Of a stretch of 64,000 bases of DNA, positions 41,268 to 53,985 are shown one piece after another (within the stretch, counting starts at the first letter, position 1; the number at the start of each line of letters is the position of its first letter). The position numbers and the translations under genes are program-made. The DNA is from Pelomyxa schiedti (taxonomy: Eukaryota > Protista > Evosea). The notes beneath the pieces are model-generated. The model worked only from the letters and a program-made list of their open reading frames with translations. It was not told the origin of the DNA and searched no databases. Where the stretch lies: the NCBI GenBank assembly GCA_020536535.1, contig JAHLWZ010000489.1, forward strand, positions 5,139-69,138, given 5' to 3'.

Positions 41268-41474
41268 AAAAAACGAGAATTACTCCCTTATGGAGCACCA
41301 CCAACCTCCCAAGCCTTTTCAGCCCAGGAACGGACATTCCAGGGCTACATCAGAACCAACACACAGTCCCCACTTTTGTGGAGACTGCACACTGGAATCC
41401 AACAAACCCCAAAGAGCCTTAAGTCCATAGCACCCCAAGCAAAGTCTTAATTCCCGCCACCCACTTTTGTGGGC
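41268..41474 (-). ncRNA. Novel structured small ncRNA, family member B (~207 nt)
   Basis: ACCCATAA 62 nt upstream; 5' hairpin GCCCAC-AAAA-GUGGGU; 10-bp closing helix GCGGGAAUUA/UAAUUCUCGU; inner UAUGGA/UCCAUA, UUCCAG/CUGGAA, GCAGUCUCCAC-AAAA-GUGGGGACUGU; ends in U6. Confidence 0.78.
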
Positions 41475-41529
41475 AAGATTAGGCTTGTTCCCCAGTCTGA
41501 TAAATACCTATTTTTTTCCCGAAGGATCA

Positions 41530-41537
41530 TTATGGGT
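41530..41537 (-). promoter_or_regulatory. DUSE-like element ACCCATAA for ncRNA B
   Basis: At -62 from GCCCAC. Confidence 0.7.
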
Positions 41538-41718
41538 TTTTTTTTGCAGTTTATTTTTTGTTTATGTTTTCTTCTTGGTTATTTGGTGTTTTTAGAGGTT
41601 TTTTTAGTGTTACAGAACCAAATTACATAGAGATGTGTCTCAATGGAAGTTTGTACAGCCCAGGGAGTGAGTGCCGTCAGTAGTATGACATAGTCTCATT
41701 CAGCAGCAGTACAGGTAA

Positions 41719-44700
41719 TCAGAGGTGGCTATTGCTGTTGCTTGTGTTAATGGTGTTGTTGTTACTGTTGGGTGAGGGACGTTGTGGTATGGGCCTCGCC
41801 GGAGGTGGTGGGGGTGTTGGTTTCAGTGGAACTCGGTGGGCAATTGAGGGGCTTGCCGGCCGCAGTGCCGGGTCCGGGTGTGGTGTGCTGCTGTGAGGTA
41901 GTGTGGGAGGTGATGTGGGGTGCTGTGTTGGGGATACCGGCGGCGAACCGGGTGGTGCTGTGGGCTGTTGTGTTGGTGATTGGCTGGTTGGTGTGGTGGA
42001 AGCCGGGCTAGTTGTAGTTGTGGAACTGGCGGTTGGTGTTGTGGTGGAGTTTGTGGTTGGAGTTGGAGGGCGGTTGACGGGTGGTGTGGCGGCGGGACCG
42101 GCATTTGGTGCTGTGGATGTGGATGTGGAAGGTGGGTGCGGAGTTGGGTTGGAACTGGGATTTGGAGTTGTTGGTGGGTTTGGAGTTTTGCTTGAAGGTA
42201 CCTTTGGGGATGATGGCTCTAGGATGGATTTTGGTGAAAGTGATCTAATTATGGAACCTTTGTGCTCAATTAATTGAATTGAAGGAAGGAAAACGGCGCA
42301 CTTGATTTCCGGGGCGTTTCCTCTTTGGAAGAGGGCGTTTTTGCCGAAGATGTGACACTTTGTTTTCGACGGTGTGCATAGCCACCATTCGCAGTTGCTT
42401 GGGTCATTAGAGAAGATATTTCCTGTTTCGGCTTAATGTTACACACAAGGTAAAAAAAAAAAATACAGCTTGTTCCTCTTGCGTGAGCAATGTGATTTGT
42501 GAAGAGGGAGGAAGTATTGTCTCTTTTTCAAAACCTTGCATCAGATCTGCATCATGTCGACATACCTTGGAAAAGTGAGTCTTTAGTGGTGAGATGGTGT
42601 GAACTTCGGAGTGGTGTCTCAGAAGCATCAGAATTGCATTGTCTATCACTGCCACGGTATCTGGTAAATATGCATCAATGTCGCCGCCTTGACGAAGAAA
42701 CAGGGGTCCAAAAATGATGGCAGGCTGCCCTAGTGTAAGTCTAGGGTACAAATTTTTTGAACCTCTTTACCCTCATTAAGTCGAAGTGGCAGGATTCGGC
42801 CCAACATCGCAAAAACGTTGTGGTTATTGTGAGCACAGCACTGTTACATGGAGGAAGTTGATCTACGAGTTGCTTTAGTGCTCTGATCTCTTCGTCGGTA
42901 CTGCTCTCCTTTGCTGATTCCAGAGTTGGTGTTAAGCGAAATAAAACGGGCATTTACCAACAGACAGTTCCCCGATTTTACAAAACTTGGAGAATAGGCC
43001 AAATGTAAGAAGTGGTTCTGGCATCTCTGAGAAGAACAGGCGAACGAGTTCACCCAGACAGCAAACATCCACTGTACTCATGTCAACTTCCAGCCCTACA
43101 CCCGTGGACTCAGAGACAACACTTTTGAGAGAGTAAAAACCTGCATCAAATTGAGTCTTGACCTTATCCAACAAAGAAGGACTGCATTCCGTAGTGAACA
43201 ACTTTTCTGAGCTCAAGGCTGTGTTTATGTTAGACTTGGAAAAGTGAAGATAGATGAAAACCGTGTTCAAAAAGGTAGGAAAAGACAGTCAACAAGAACG
43301 GTGGGACAAGGGATGCACTATTTTGGGGCCGGGATGCAATAACAGCAAGTGGGAGACCAAATTGTTTTGTCTCAACTGAAAGGAATTTTAACACTATCAA
43401 ATATTGGTTGATGGCAAGTTATACCATTCACTTGAGACTGTTAAAAAAAAGTCAAAACACTACAAACTTCGAAGAATGCTTACCTGAGAAAAGAGAATTT
43501 TGAAAAACTTTCTGGTTTGTTCATCTGACCCCCAAGACAACTGTGAAAGTGTTATCTTAATTTGAAGGAGTTCACACACACCACCAAAGGGCGATCATCC
43601 TTCAGGTACTTGACCCATGGCCGTAAAACAACACATAAAAGGTGTGTTGGGTCTCGTGTGAGTATCACTTCGTAGTTGGCCAGAATGAGCACTCTTTTGG
43701 GATAGGGTTGCTTATGATGAGGTGAGAATTGAGGTTGAATGCAGGAATGCGCATACTTTACCATCGAAGTAACAGAATAAAATGCCATCCACAATGGCAA
43801 ACCAATGGGGCTTTAGTTTGTCTTTGGAAGATAGAGCTTTTTTTCTGGCTTGCAGGGTTGTGGTAGTGATTGTGTGTGGTGTAGCAGTGTGGGGGGTTGC
43901 AGATGGTGATATTGTTGGTGAAGATGCGGTAATAATGGTTGTTGAAGTAGATAAAGCAGTTTGAGAAGTTGAGAAAGCAGAGGCACCAACAAAGCCTCCA
44001 ATTGAAGAAACTGGGATAACTAATGGCACAGGAGTAGCTGCGGCCGGAAGAGAGGGAATAGACAACGATGTCGTTGCGGGTGTACTGGTTGTAGTGGTGT
44101 CTGCAACAACAAGAGTAAAGTGCGCTGGTCGGAACACACCATTGCCGCAATGGACCTTTTTTTTGCTGACTTTAGCTGTAGTCCCACAAATCGCTCCTGG
44201 TATCTATAGAAAAGTTAACTTTCACAGTTATGGAGCAAGGTAACCATTCTTAGATGCTTAGCATAATTTGGTTTCTGCCGTTTGTAGTTTTACAGTAAGT
44301 GAAAACGAGTTTTAAATTGTGAACTACCATAAGTCTTTCAAGAGCTAAAATAATAAGTGTGCCAGTGCCGACACCTTCAGTAAAGGAAAGGTTTCCATTC
44401 ACCCACTTCACTAAGAAGGGTTCAGGAGGTGATAAAGGGAAGTTTGCTTACCAAGGGAATTGTTGTAGTGAAGGAATACAAATTCAGGAGATGGTGTGTC
44501 AAATGTTGCCTCGAAGATTGACGTCATTATAGAAAGTGGTGCCTCACAATCGAGAATTGCAACTTTTTGATGTCAGGTGAGGGGTTGTAAGAAAGTGACT
44601 ACAAGTTTGAAGACAATTGTCAGCACAAACGTAGGCGGCATTTATGAAGTTTGGAGCTGGAATCAGAGCAAAGAAGGCACCCTTTGGGATGGTGAGCCCC

Positions 44701-47700
44701 GTGGTTAAAGCAATTATATGTTACTTACTCCCTTCTTTGTAAATGTTGGATGGTGCTTTAGTACGTCACGTAGGGATTGATGCTCAGAAACAATAAACCC
44801 CGGAGTTGATTTAATGGCTGGAGCCACTAGTGATACAGAAGGTGAGTCCTGAGTCACTACAGGCACAGAAGATGGGGATGTGGAATGTGTGTGTGGTACT
44901 GCCTTCCTGCGTACGGTCCACTTCTCCAGCATTTTCCTTTGTTGAGTTCAGTGTGCTCACTTTTTTTTTTAAAGACAAGAGTACTTTTTTGCTTCCCCAA
45001 CAGTAGTATCTGCTGGGAACGTCATTGGAGCTGGGACTGAGTTCCCTGGGTGAAGTACAAGGATGGAAACATCGTCACTGGAAACCATTCCTGATATGCT
45101 TAGGAGACTGTCCAGAGTACTGGTCTCCCTTGGGGGTGGCGGGGGAGCTGCACTCTCCTCCGTTTCTCGAGGTTCAATTCTTACAAGAAAAAGGGCTGTC
45201 AAAAGTCAAATAGAATTACGGGGACAGTACTTCAATGACTGTTTATAACAGGTATCCTCAGAGTAAGACACTCCCAGAGTGCCTATCCAAGTGGCCAAAG
45301 GCGTACTTGGTACTAAACAATATGGAGTCTGTTGAAATTGTTGAACCCGAAGAATGACATCAGCCTTGTGCAATATTAGACAGCCAAAAAATGAGAATGA
45401 TAGCTCACTTGAAGCCGGCACTTGAAGAAATTCACTTTCTCCTCTATAAATGTGGCATTCCCTTCCTCTTGTGAACGTAAATATCCAGTAAAGATTTGTT
45501 CATAACAAACCAATAAACGTAAGATCTGTCAAATAAATGCCAAGATAAGGAATGCAAGGCTGGTATCAAGTTAGTGTGGGGAAAGAGTTTCGACTACAGA
45601 CCGGAGGGATCTTCTGCAGTTTTTGTCGAAGAGTCTGAAAATTTTTTGTATTGTCAGTTAACTCACGCATTGCTTCCAGTGCTCTGGTGTGAGGAGCTCC
45701 AACAGCCTAGGGTCTATGAATTTAAGGGAAAAACCTGATGGAACCATACGGCCCAAGTCTTTTTTAGCCTGAACGCACTACTATTTGTGAACCCTGAGAG
45801 AACTGACATCAAACCATTATAGTTTTGTAATTCTGAGAGACACTGTCTACCAGATTAGAAGTTGCCTTGAAGTCAAACAGTCATACATTAGCAAGATCAA
45901 TAAACCGCTCAATGATTTTAACTCTGTCTTGAAAGTCATCAGTAGAACATATCTCTTCCACAACCCAGTGGCTTATCTGTAATGCTCAGTGCAAGAAGGA
46001 AAAGCTACGAAGTAAACTTGATTAAAGTGCTGGATCATTGCTGACACATTCGGGGAGAGAGATCTATCTTTTTTTGTCCAAGCAAGCCCAATCAATTCCC
46101 AAGGCTTAATTGCCCTGAAAAGATTTTGCTCGATGATAGTTATCTGCCTTGCTATCTCTTTTGGCTGTTGGTAGGTATTATGATAAAAGAAAATAATAAA
46201 GAACGAAAAGACCTGTAGTGCAGAGAAAGAGAGCATACTACTTTCCCAAGGGTGTCCCAAACACAAGCAAATTGGTAGTAAACATTCTGGAGGTTGCTTA
46301 TCAAAGACGCATTGTCTACTTTTTTCTTCACCACTGACCTGTTGGTGAAATAAGCGAAAGGAGATGTATAATGGAAAGTTACAGTTCTGGAAATGAGTTT
46401 AATGAGTTGCTCCGCGGGGTTCTTGAGCTCCGAAGATAACACAGAAGATGTAAAGTCTTTGACCCCCTCTATGATTGTATTATCAGTGAAGCTATTCCAC
46501 AAGCGCTCAACCCATTGCTTTAGAACAATGAATACTCTGTACAAAGGTTAAGGCAGCCGGAGGTTTTTCCAATACCTAAGTCGAAGAGGAAATAGAACAG
46601 TTTTGGACCACAAATCGACTTCTTCTTGGGATGAAAGCTCAGGAGGTGAGGGAGTATTATATCTTAGAAACAATGTGAGTTTTAAAAGAAAATATGATTA
46701 ACTGGATACTGTTCAATAAGAAGCTCAAGAAATCTCAGTGGGGTAGTATGTGCAGAGTAGGTTAACAAGTAGTGTAACATAAATTGGCCATCTGAATGAT
46801 GTTGGGACAGAGGGAAGAATGAAGAATTTACCTTGCTTGTGCTTTTCTGTGGTGAGTCTCGCCACAAGGGCCTCGGGGGTTCCTAGTTTAACAAGACCAT
46901 GTTCTATTACTATTTTCCTGCGCACGATAAGCCAAAAATAGAGGTATTTGAGTAATACTGTGAAAGGTCTGTAGAGTCTCCTTTATCAACATCTTTACTG
47001 CCATCTGCATCAGAGCCTTCCAGAGAGTCGATGGCCGAGAAAGATCCAGAAAGTGAATCAGATAGTGGGTTAGCTGTTAAGGTTGGGGTAGATGGTTTCA
47101 ATCCCGGGGATGGAGCTAAGGCTGGCGAAGAGGTATTTGATGGAATTTCACTTGTACTTGAAGATTCACTACTTGTCTCCTGACTCAGATGTAGGCGAGA
47201 CAGATTTGGCTCGGATAGGGAAGAGGCCACACCCCCCAGAGCACTGGAATCTGAGGCATCCTTTCCAGAGCTCTCCTGCTGATACAGAGACGACCTTAGG
47301 GCAGTGAAGCTTCCACGAGAAGAACCGAACACAATAGCCGTAGGCTCGCCATCACTCCCTATTGATGATGCAGATGCCCGGGCCCCTCCCGAGCCAAACC
47401 CACCCTGTGACTGCGATAGCAGCACAGCTCTCCTCTTATTCCTAAGCTCCTGTTGTTGCGTTGGAGCCACCCACCAATGAGGGTTTTTGGGTTGCACAAA
47501 CAACAGCTCCTCAGGCACAGCCGAGTTGGAACCCTCGCTCTCCGCCCCCTTATTACTCACGCTATCGCCACCGCTAGCTGGCGTTGCCGTTACCTTGGTG
47601 GCAGCGGTTGCACTGGCACTGCTTCCGTTTCCCGTGCTCGGCGAAGTGGTTGCAGCTGTTACAGCCGCACGCCCGTTACTTGAACCACCACTTGCAGATG

Positions 47701-48007
47701 TTGTCGCGTTCGCACCAGTCCCACCACTCGTGGTAGAACCGCTGCCGTTTGATGCCGCGGAAGCAGTGTCAGTACTAGAAGGCGAAGCGGTAGACAACGA
47801 TAGAGGGGCCATGACGAGGTGAGCGGGGGGCGGTCGCGACGGCGGGTGCGGGGGCGATGAAGATGACGACGACGACGATGTGGTCTTTTTGTGGCTGATT
47901 GTGTTGACAGGAGGTAGGTGTGTGTTGTTGTGCGTCGCATTCGTTGTCGTAGTTGTCGAAGACACCGGCACCGGGTGCGTGTTGCAAACCGCGACGTGGT
48001 GCGACAT
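41719..48007 (-). CDS. RasGEF (REM + CDC25) - PH - RhoGAP multidomain protein
   Basis: GTPEALVARL, LLTY...TP..FL..L, PKEIARQITIIE..LF.AI, NYNGLM, PCIPYLGIYLTDLTFI; PH KPHWFAIVDGILFCY; RhoGAP FGLPL..VPP, FFSEMPEPLLTF, LPP.N, IFGP.FLR. Confidence 0.85.
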
Positions 48008-48185
48008 TTTTTTTTCTTTTTTTTTTTTTTTTGAAAGGGCAACAGAGGAACGAACGAAGATCACATGAAATTCACCTGAATCTACAGCGGAACAAACCGC
48101 AACTCCTTTGGCCATCAAAACCGTCGTTAGTGACACAAGATATACCCGATCTACATGACAGCTGACAAAACATTTTTAATTTTTT

Positions 48186-48442
48186 TTAATCAAAAGGCAC
48201 CCAGGCACCTTTCCAAGGGTCGCCCAGCCTCGACTGTATGTCGGCGTGTGTGATCCCGAGGCGCTCCATTGACACGTTGAGGTGGAGGTGCGACGCAACA
48301 ACAAAGTCCATCAAGTGGTCGGCGGCAAACGAGGCTGTCATCTCGGGGAACACTCGAAGCAACATCTTCCACACTCCAACATTTGGCCTGTGTGCGGCAC
48401 TCTTTTTCCAGAGTGCTGTGTGGTTGTCCCCCATTGTGCCAA

Positions 48443-48477
<35 letters not shown>

Positions 48478-50466
48478 GAGGTTATGAAATTTCAGTGTTA
48501 CGTCGATTTAAAGAAGCGAGGGTGGAATTTACCTCGTCCAGGGTTACATTGAACGTGTGGATCAACCATTCTGCACAACCTTCTTTGTTGGAGGTAATCA
48601 ACAGAAACAGAAGTTTGTTGTGGCTCCTCTTGACTTGATTCTCATTCAAGTGGAAATATTCAATGAACCACCTCACAACTTTCCCTGACTTGACGTATGG
48701 CTGTGACAAGCCCTGTGCTACAGTATCTGGAGAGAAGCCAACAATTGATGCAAGCTCCTTGGCTTGTGATATATCGCCAAAAGCAGTAACGGCAACAACA
48801 GCCTTGATCTGAAGAATTTGATCAAATGAAACTTGATCAAGTTTCTTCAACAGCAATGACGCAAGTGAAAGTTGCCCACCTTCAAGGTTATCTTCAACAG
48901 CTTTACTTGCTGCTATTGAGGTGATGTTGCTGATCGCACACTTTGAGAGGAACCATTGCAACCCAGAGGTTCCACAACTCAGATTGCCCGCACATATCTG
49001 CTTGAGAATTCTTTCTGTCACACAAGGAACTGAATTCACATCATCCATCACATGGAAGTTCTGTTCAAACCAGTCTGCCACTGCTATGTTGCTTCTGGAG
49101 AGGGAGTTGACAAGGCACTGCCGAAGAGTATTGGTGTCCAGTCTGATGTTTGGCAGCAGGACCTGAATTAGTGACACGCTATCGTGTTTATTTCTGCACA
49201 CTGCAGCAAGTGCCTGGGTTTTAACTCTACTGAAAATGTTAGGGAAGGTTGAAGCCAACCATTGAACGTATTCCCCATCTGCAATATACTCGCATGTGTA
49301 ACAAAAGTCTAATGGATGGGTACAAGGCAGAAGCGGTTGATGGCCCACTTGAAAACCTTTGGGTTTTTGATGCCAGAAAGAATGGGGTGCTCCTCAGGTG
49401 AAAATCTTTCATTAATCCATTGGTAGCCTTCCTCCATGTCACTTTCATCTTTCTCTTCAGAGAGAGACATAAACCAGTTCAGTATTTGGTACCCTGGGGT
49501 TTCAGTGCTTAGATATCCCAAAAACAACTCCGTGCAGAACTTCATAACATCCAAACTTGGACTAAGAATGAACTGAACGGGACCGCACCTGTGGTGAGAT
49601 AGTAGTTCCCTGCAAGCCTCAACGACAGGGGTGCTAGAAACCAACCACTTGACAACATCAATGTGTCCCCACCTCACAGCAGCATGAAACGGCATCGGGA
49701 GCTCCCACAGCTCAGTCCCGACACCGCAGAACGTCGACATCACCCACTTGACAACCTCAAGGCTCCCACCCTTGCACGCATCATACAACAGGCTGTGCCC
49801 AATCGACTCACTGAACTTCACCTCCCTGATTTCATCCAACAGGTCACAGTCGCCAGCCGGCCACCTCAGGGCACCACGACGGCCACCCTCAACAAGCTCC
49901 CGTGCCATCGAAATGTGCCCCCCTGTTTTAAAAAGTGAAATGCCGGATCCAAATAAACACCAAACATAACACACAACACACAACGCGCAACGCGCAACGC
50001 GCAACGAACAACGAACAACGGACAACGGACAACGGACAACGAACAACGAACAACGCACACCTTGGCACAGACCCCTGAGCACAGCGAGGCACTCCTTCGT
50101 GTTGTTCCTCGTCGCCTTTCTCTTGAGCACCCAGTCCACGCACCTCGTGGCCCCAGCCATGCCGCCACACTTGAGCACAAAGTACCGCGACCCCGCCGGC
50201 GGCGCGGCGGCGGAGGCGGCGGTCACCCTGGCGGCCGCGGCCACCGCGCGGCAGACGCGGGGCACGAGGGGGAACAGCGCCTCCGCCACGCCCACCAGCC
50301 AGACGCACTGCGCCTGGGTGAGTGCCACGCCGCGGTTATGGGACGCAGACACCATCGGGTCCACCACGTGCTCCCACACCACTCGCGACACAGTCATCAA
50401 GTTGGCGATTGTGTCCCCGCGGGAGCCTCCAGGTCGTTGTCGTGGAACGGCGTCGTTGCAAGACAT
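48186..50466 (-). CDS. Ankyrin-repeat-like protein (paralog of 24155-26353)
   Basis: Shares VSRVVW.HVV..L, GLC.GGH, ACKGGSLEVVKW, CAEWLI..F.VTL and the last intron position with the 24-26 kb gene. Confidence 0.75.
49981..50057. repeat. Heptamer tandem repeat (CAACGNN)x11 inside an intron
   Basis: CAACGCG x3, CAACGAA x2, CAACGGA x3, CAACGAA x2, CAACGCA. Confidence 0.9.
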
Positions 50467-50579
50467 CGACGCGAGCTTGCTTTTTGTTTTGTTATGTGAA
50501 TGAGAGGAAACGAAAGTTGCTGAACATACCTAGCTGTTGCTTTTTTTTATGGTTTTTTTTTACCCCCGTGTTGGTGTGG

Positions 50580-51803
50580 TTACATGCATGAAGCTATTGG
50601 TAGTTGTTGTTCAGCAGCTATTTTCCGGCGCTTGGCTTTGGCTTCCGCGTAGCTCTTGATGACCTTATCACGCAGGGACTCAAAGTAGCGTTGCTGTAGT
50701 GCTGCTTGTGAATTTGTTTTGGTGATGGGGCTTTTCTTGGAAGATTTTGGGAGTAGTGGTGGGGGAGCTCCTTCAAGTAGCCTTACGGCCGGTGGCATGA
50801 ATGCCGGAAGTAATTCCTGAGATAGGTGTTTGGTTCTACTTTTGAACAACTCTCTCAAACCTTTTTCTTTGTGACCGGTGGAAGCTTTGGTGGACAATCG
50901 GCTACTTCACCAAATTTAATAACTTCCTGTATTGTAGAGTGTCAGTTCACAATATATAAAATACATAAAAAGGAATTTGGTACGTGTCTGTGCAGCCTAT
51001 CTAAGGGGTCATTGCTGGGAGTTTCATCACTACTGCTATCATCGCCACCATCAGAATCACTCTCACTGTCGCGGTCACTAGCTTGTTGCTGCTTCAATCC
51101 CTTACTGGGCTTCTGAAGTGGAGCAACTTGTTCTTGCCGGGGTCTTTTCTGAGCCTGCTGAGGTGGCTGTTCCGAATGCTTCCGGCCCGGCGTTGGAGTA
51201 TTGTGGGAGGGTTTTGGTTTTGGGGGTGGTTGATCACGACGTCGAACTGCCACAGAGGACGCCTTCGAAGGTGCAGTTGTGGTGCCGAGTTTGGGTATTT
51301 CATTTGGTGTCTCGCCAGACTTTTTCGGCTTTCTTCTTTTGTTGCTCCTCTTTGGGAGGCCAGTTATGGGATCAATCTTTACAGGCGTTTCCGGTGTGGT
51401 TTCATCGGCAGTAGTTCCCCGGCTGCTCCACAGTGGTCTAAAGGAAATTTAGAATTAATTACAATTTGGAACCCAACGCTGACCGGGGAGTGGTGTCAAC
51501 GGCCACAACCGCGTCCGGGTCGTTTTTCTTCTGCCAGGTCACGATGTCCTTTAGCCTCCGAGACAGTCGGTCGCCGCCCTCGGCGGGGTCCGCGCCCCCT
51601 CCCACAATTGCGCCGCCGGCGTCCTCGACCCCCTGCGCGCCCCTGCGGGGCTTCTTGGGCTTCTTTGGTACGTTGCCCTTGCCGCCGCCGACCTTCTTGT
51701 GTGCCTGCGCGTACGCCTGTGACGACGCGCGTCTGCTTGCCGGCGCGAATGGGTCGTACGCGCAGATCTTGTTGTGCTTCCGCGGCCGCACCTTGCGCGT
51801 CAT
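50580..51803 (-). CDS. CCDC137-like basic nuclear protein
   Basis: LSRRLKDIV, VIKFGEVADCPPKL and LRDKVIKSYAEAK resemble CCDC137 motifs; K/R-rich. Confidence 0.55.
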
Positions 51804-51952
51804 CCTGCCCCCCACCAATAGATACCAGATAGATCGCCAGCAATTCCCTGAACCGCGGTCCCAGCTTCCAGCGCCACGAAAAACCCAAAAAGATTTTTCT
51901 TTTCACAAACTTCCACCACACAGCGAGCTTGTTTGTTTAGACTACTAAACCA

Positions 51953-53785
51953 ATGAGGACAACGGTAGCGGGGGTGTTAATACTTGCGGTTGGGGTTTCC
52001 ATCGTCGTCGTGGCGCTGGGGATGGGAGCGGGGGCGGTTTCGCCGATTCCACGTGACCACCGGTTCCCGCAGCGCGTGGCCGAGTCCGCGCGAGGCAGGC
52101 GAATAACGTCACGCTTTGTCAGGAACAAAGGAGCACCACAGGAGCTCATTCGATTGTCAAATAGGGTTTGTTTTTTGTTTTCTTTCTTTTTTTTTTTTTT
52201 TTGGTTTCCCCCCTTTTCTCATTTTTAGTAGAACAACAACACCAAGAGGGTTGCACTTGTGAGTGGGACAATGGAGTTGCCGGTTGTCACGATGGAGTTC
52301 CCTGATCAGGCACACACTTACACAAACGATGACTTTGAGTCGCTTCTGTTTGAGCATTCCCGGACACCCACTCCCAGCATGTGGGACTATTACCAGGAGG
52401 TGTCATACAACGTATTCGGAGTGTCTGGCAGTGCTTATGGGTGGTATATGACTCCGCAGACCAAGTCGTATTACTATGACGGCACGAATTTGGCCCAACT
52501 GGCTGCCGAAAATCTTTGTGCTGCTGTTGGGAGTGGTCTGTCAATTTATGACAATGATGACGACGGGTATGTGGACTCTCTGGTAGTTGTGCACAGTGGC
52601 CAGGGTCAGGAAGTTACGGGAGACCCTGATGATATCTGGTCACACTCTTATCAGCTTGAGAATCCGTATTTATGTTCCGCTGCTGGGTAATTCGCTCCCA
52701 AAACCTCCAAGTTTTATTTACGTAACCCATAGAACGTATATCTGGAACTACCTCATACAACCAGAGTTGGGTGCCTACGGGGACATGACCGGCATTGGTG
52801 TGTTCTGTCATGAGTTAGGTCACGCTCTCGGTCTTCCCGACCTTTATGACACTGGAGATAGCGCCAATAACGGCCTTGGTCTGTATAGATGGAGTTTGAT
52901 GGCTTCTGGTAGTTGGGGTGGTATAGGAACTGACGAAAGGTGTGTGCTAAAAATTCTTTTTACTCTTGTGTTCCTCAATTTTCGTACAGTTACCCGGTGC
53001 ATCTTGACTGTTGGTGCAAGGCATCACTGGGATGGCTCACACCCACTGGCGTACTCACAACAGGACAGTACACCCTGCACCAAGTGGAAGACAACGCTGA
53101 GTGCGTTCTCTTGCAGCCGCTTTCCAACCCAACCCCATGTACCAATATTATATTCATATTGTTCCATAAGTTACATACACACAGCACAATACTGGCTGAT
53201 TGAAAACCGGCAACGTGTTTCATTTGATTACAATCTTCAAGGAACTGGCATTGTAATTTATCACATTGACGACACTATTATCGGCGCCAACTATTACGAA
53301 AATACTATCAACACCAATGACCACCCTTATGGAGTTGCCTTTGAGCAAGCCAGGTACTCTCTTGGTCTTCACTTTCTTTCTTTCTCACACTAAAATCCAG
53401 TGCCGCCTGTGATTCGTACTCGTGCCAGAGTTATTGGATCACGAACGCAACAGCATACCCAGCAACCGACGTGTGGAATTCCAACACCAAAATCGCGTTT
53501 GGGTCAAACACAGTTCCGTCCACAAAGGTGAATTCTGGGGACAGCTACCTCAGCTGCTCAATCAGGGACATTCCCGCATCATCCTCCGCAATGACAGTGA
53601 CACTCTCCCCCGAGGACGGAGTCATCAGCAGCTCCAGTAACAGTATCAGCATCAGCAGCAGCAGCAGTCACCACACAAAATCATCACCCAGCAGTCACGG
53701 CGATCCAGACGCAGCACCCAGTCTTGTTATTCCCCTCGTTCTGGTGTCTCTCTGTTTCTTGTTTTCTTCCCTCCTCCCTTTCTGA
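51953..53785 (+). CDS. M6-family (immune inhibitor A-like) zinc metalloprotease, copy 1
   Basis: Signal peptide; DYYQEVSY; YDNDDDGYVD...HSG.GQE...IWSH; GVFCHELGHALGLPDLYD; WSLMASGSW; YWLIENRQ; hydrophobic C-terminal anchor. Confidence 0.9.
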
Positions 53786-53985
53786 ATGTGATCCTACCCA
53801 ACACCAGTCAATTTTTTTCACACGATTTGATTGTTTTGATAGGTTGATTCCCATCAGATTCCTGCCCTTCGTTATCATGAAAAGGAAAAGGTATCGAAGT
53901 TTCCAAACCAACGGGTGGAAAAAAAAGAAGATAAGAAGGGTGTTTATTTTCGCAACCCACAACACGTTTTCTAAGAAATCCACCA

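Noticed and set aside
41268-41474. Identification of member B as SRP, RNase P/MRP, U3 or telomerase RNA
   Set aside because: No SRP helix-8 AGG/GCA motif, no CR-I/CR-V, no U3 boxes and no CCCUAA-type template.
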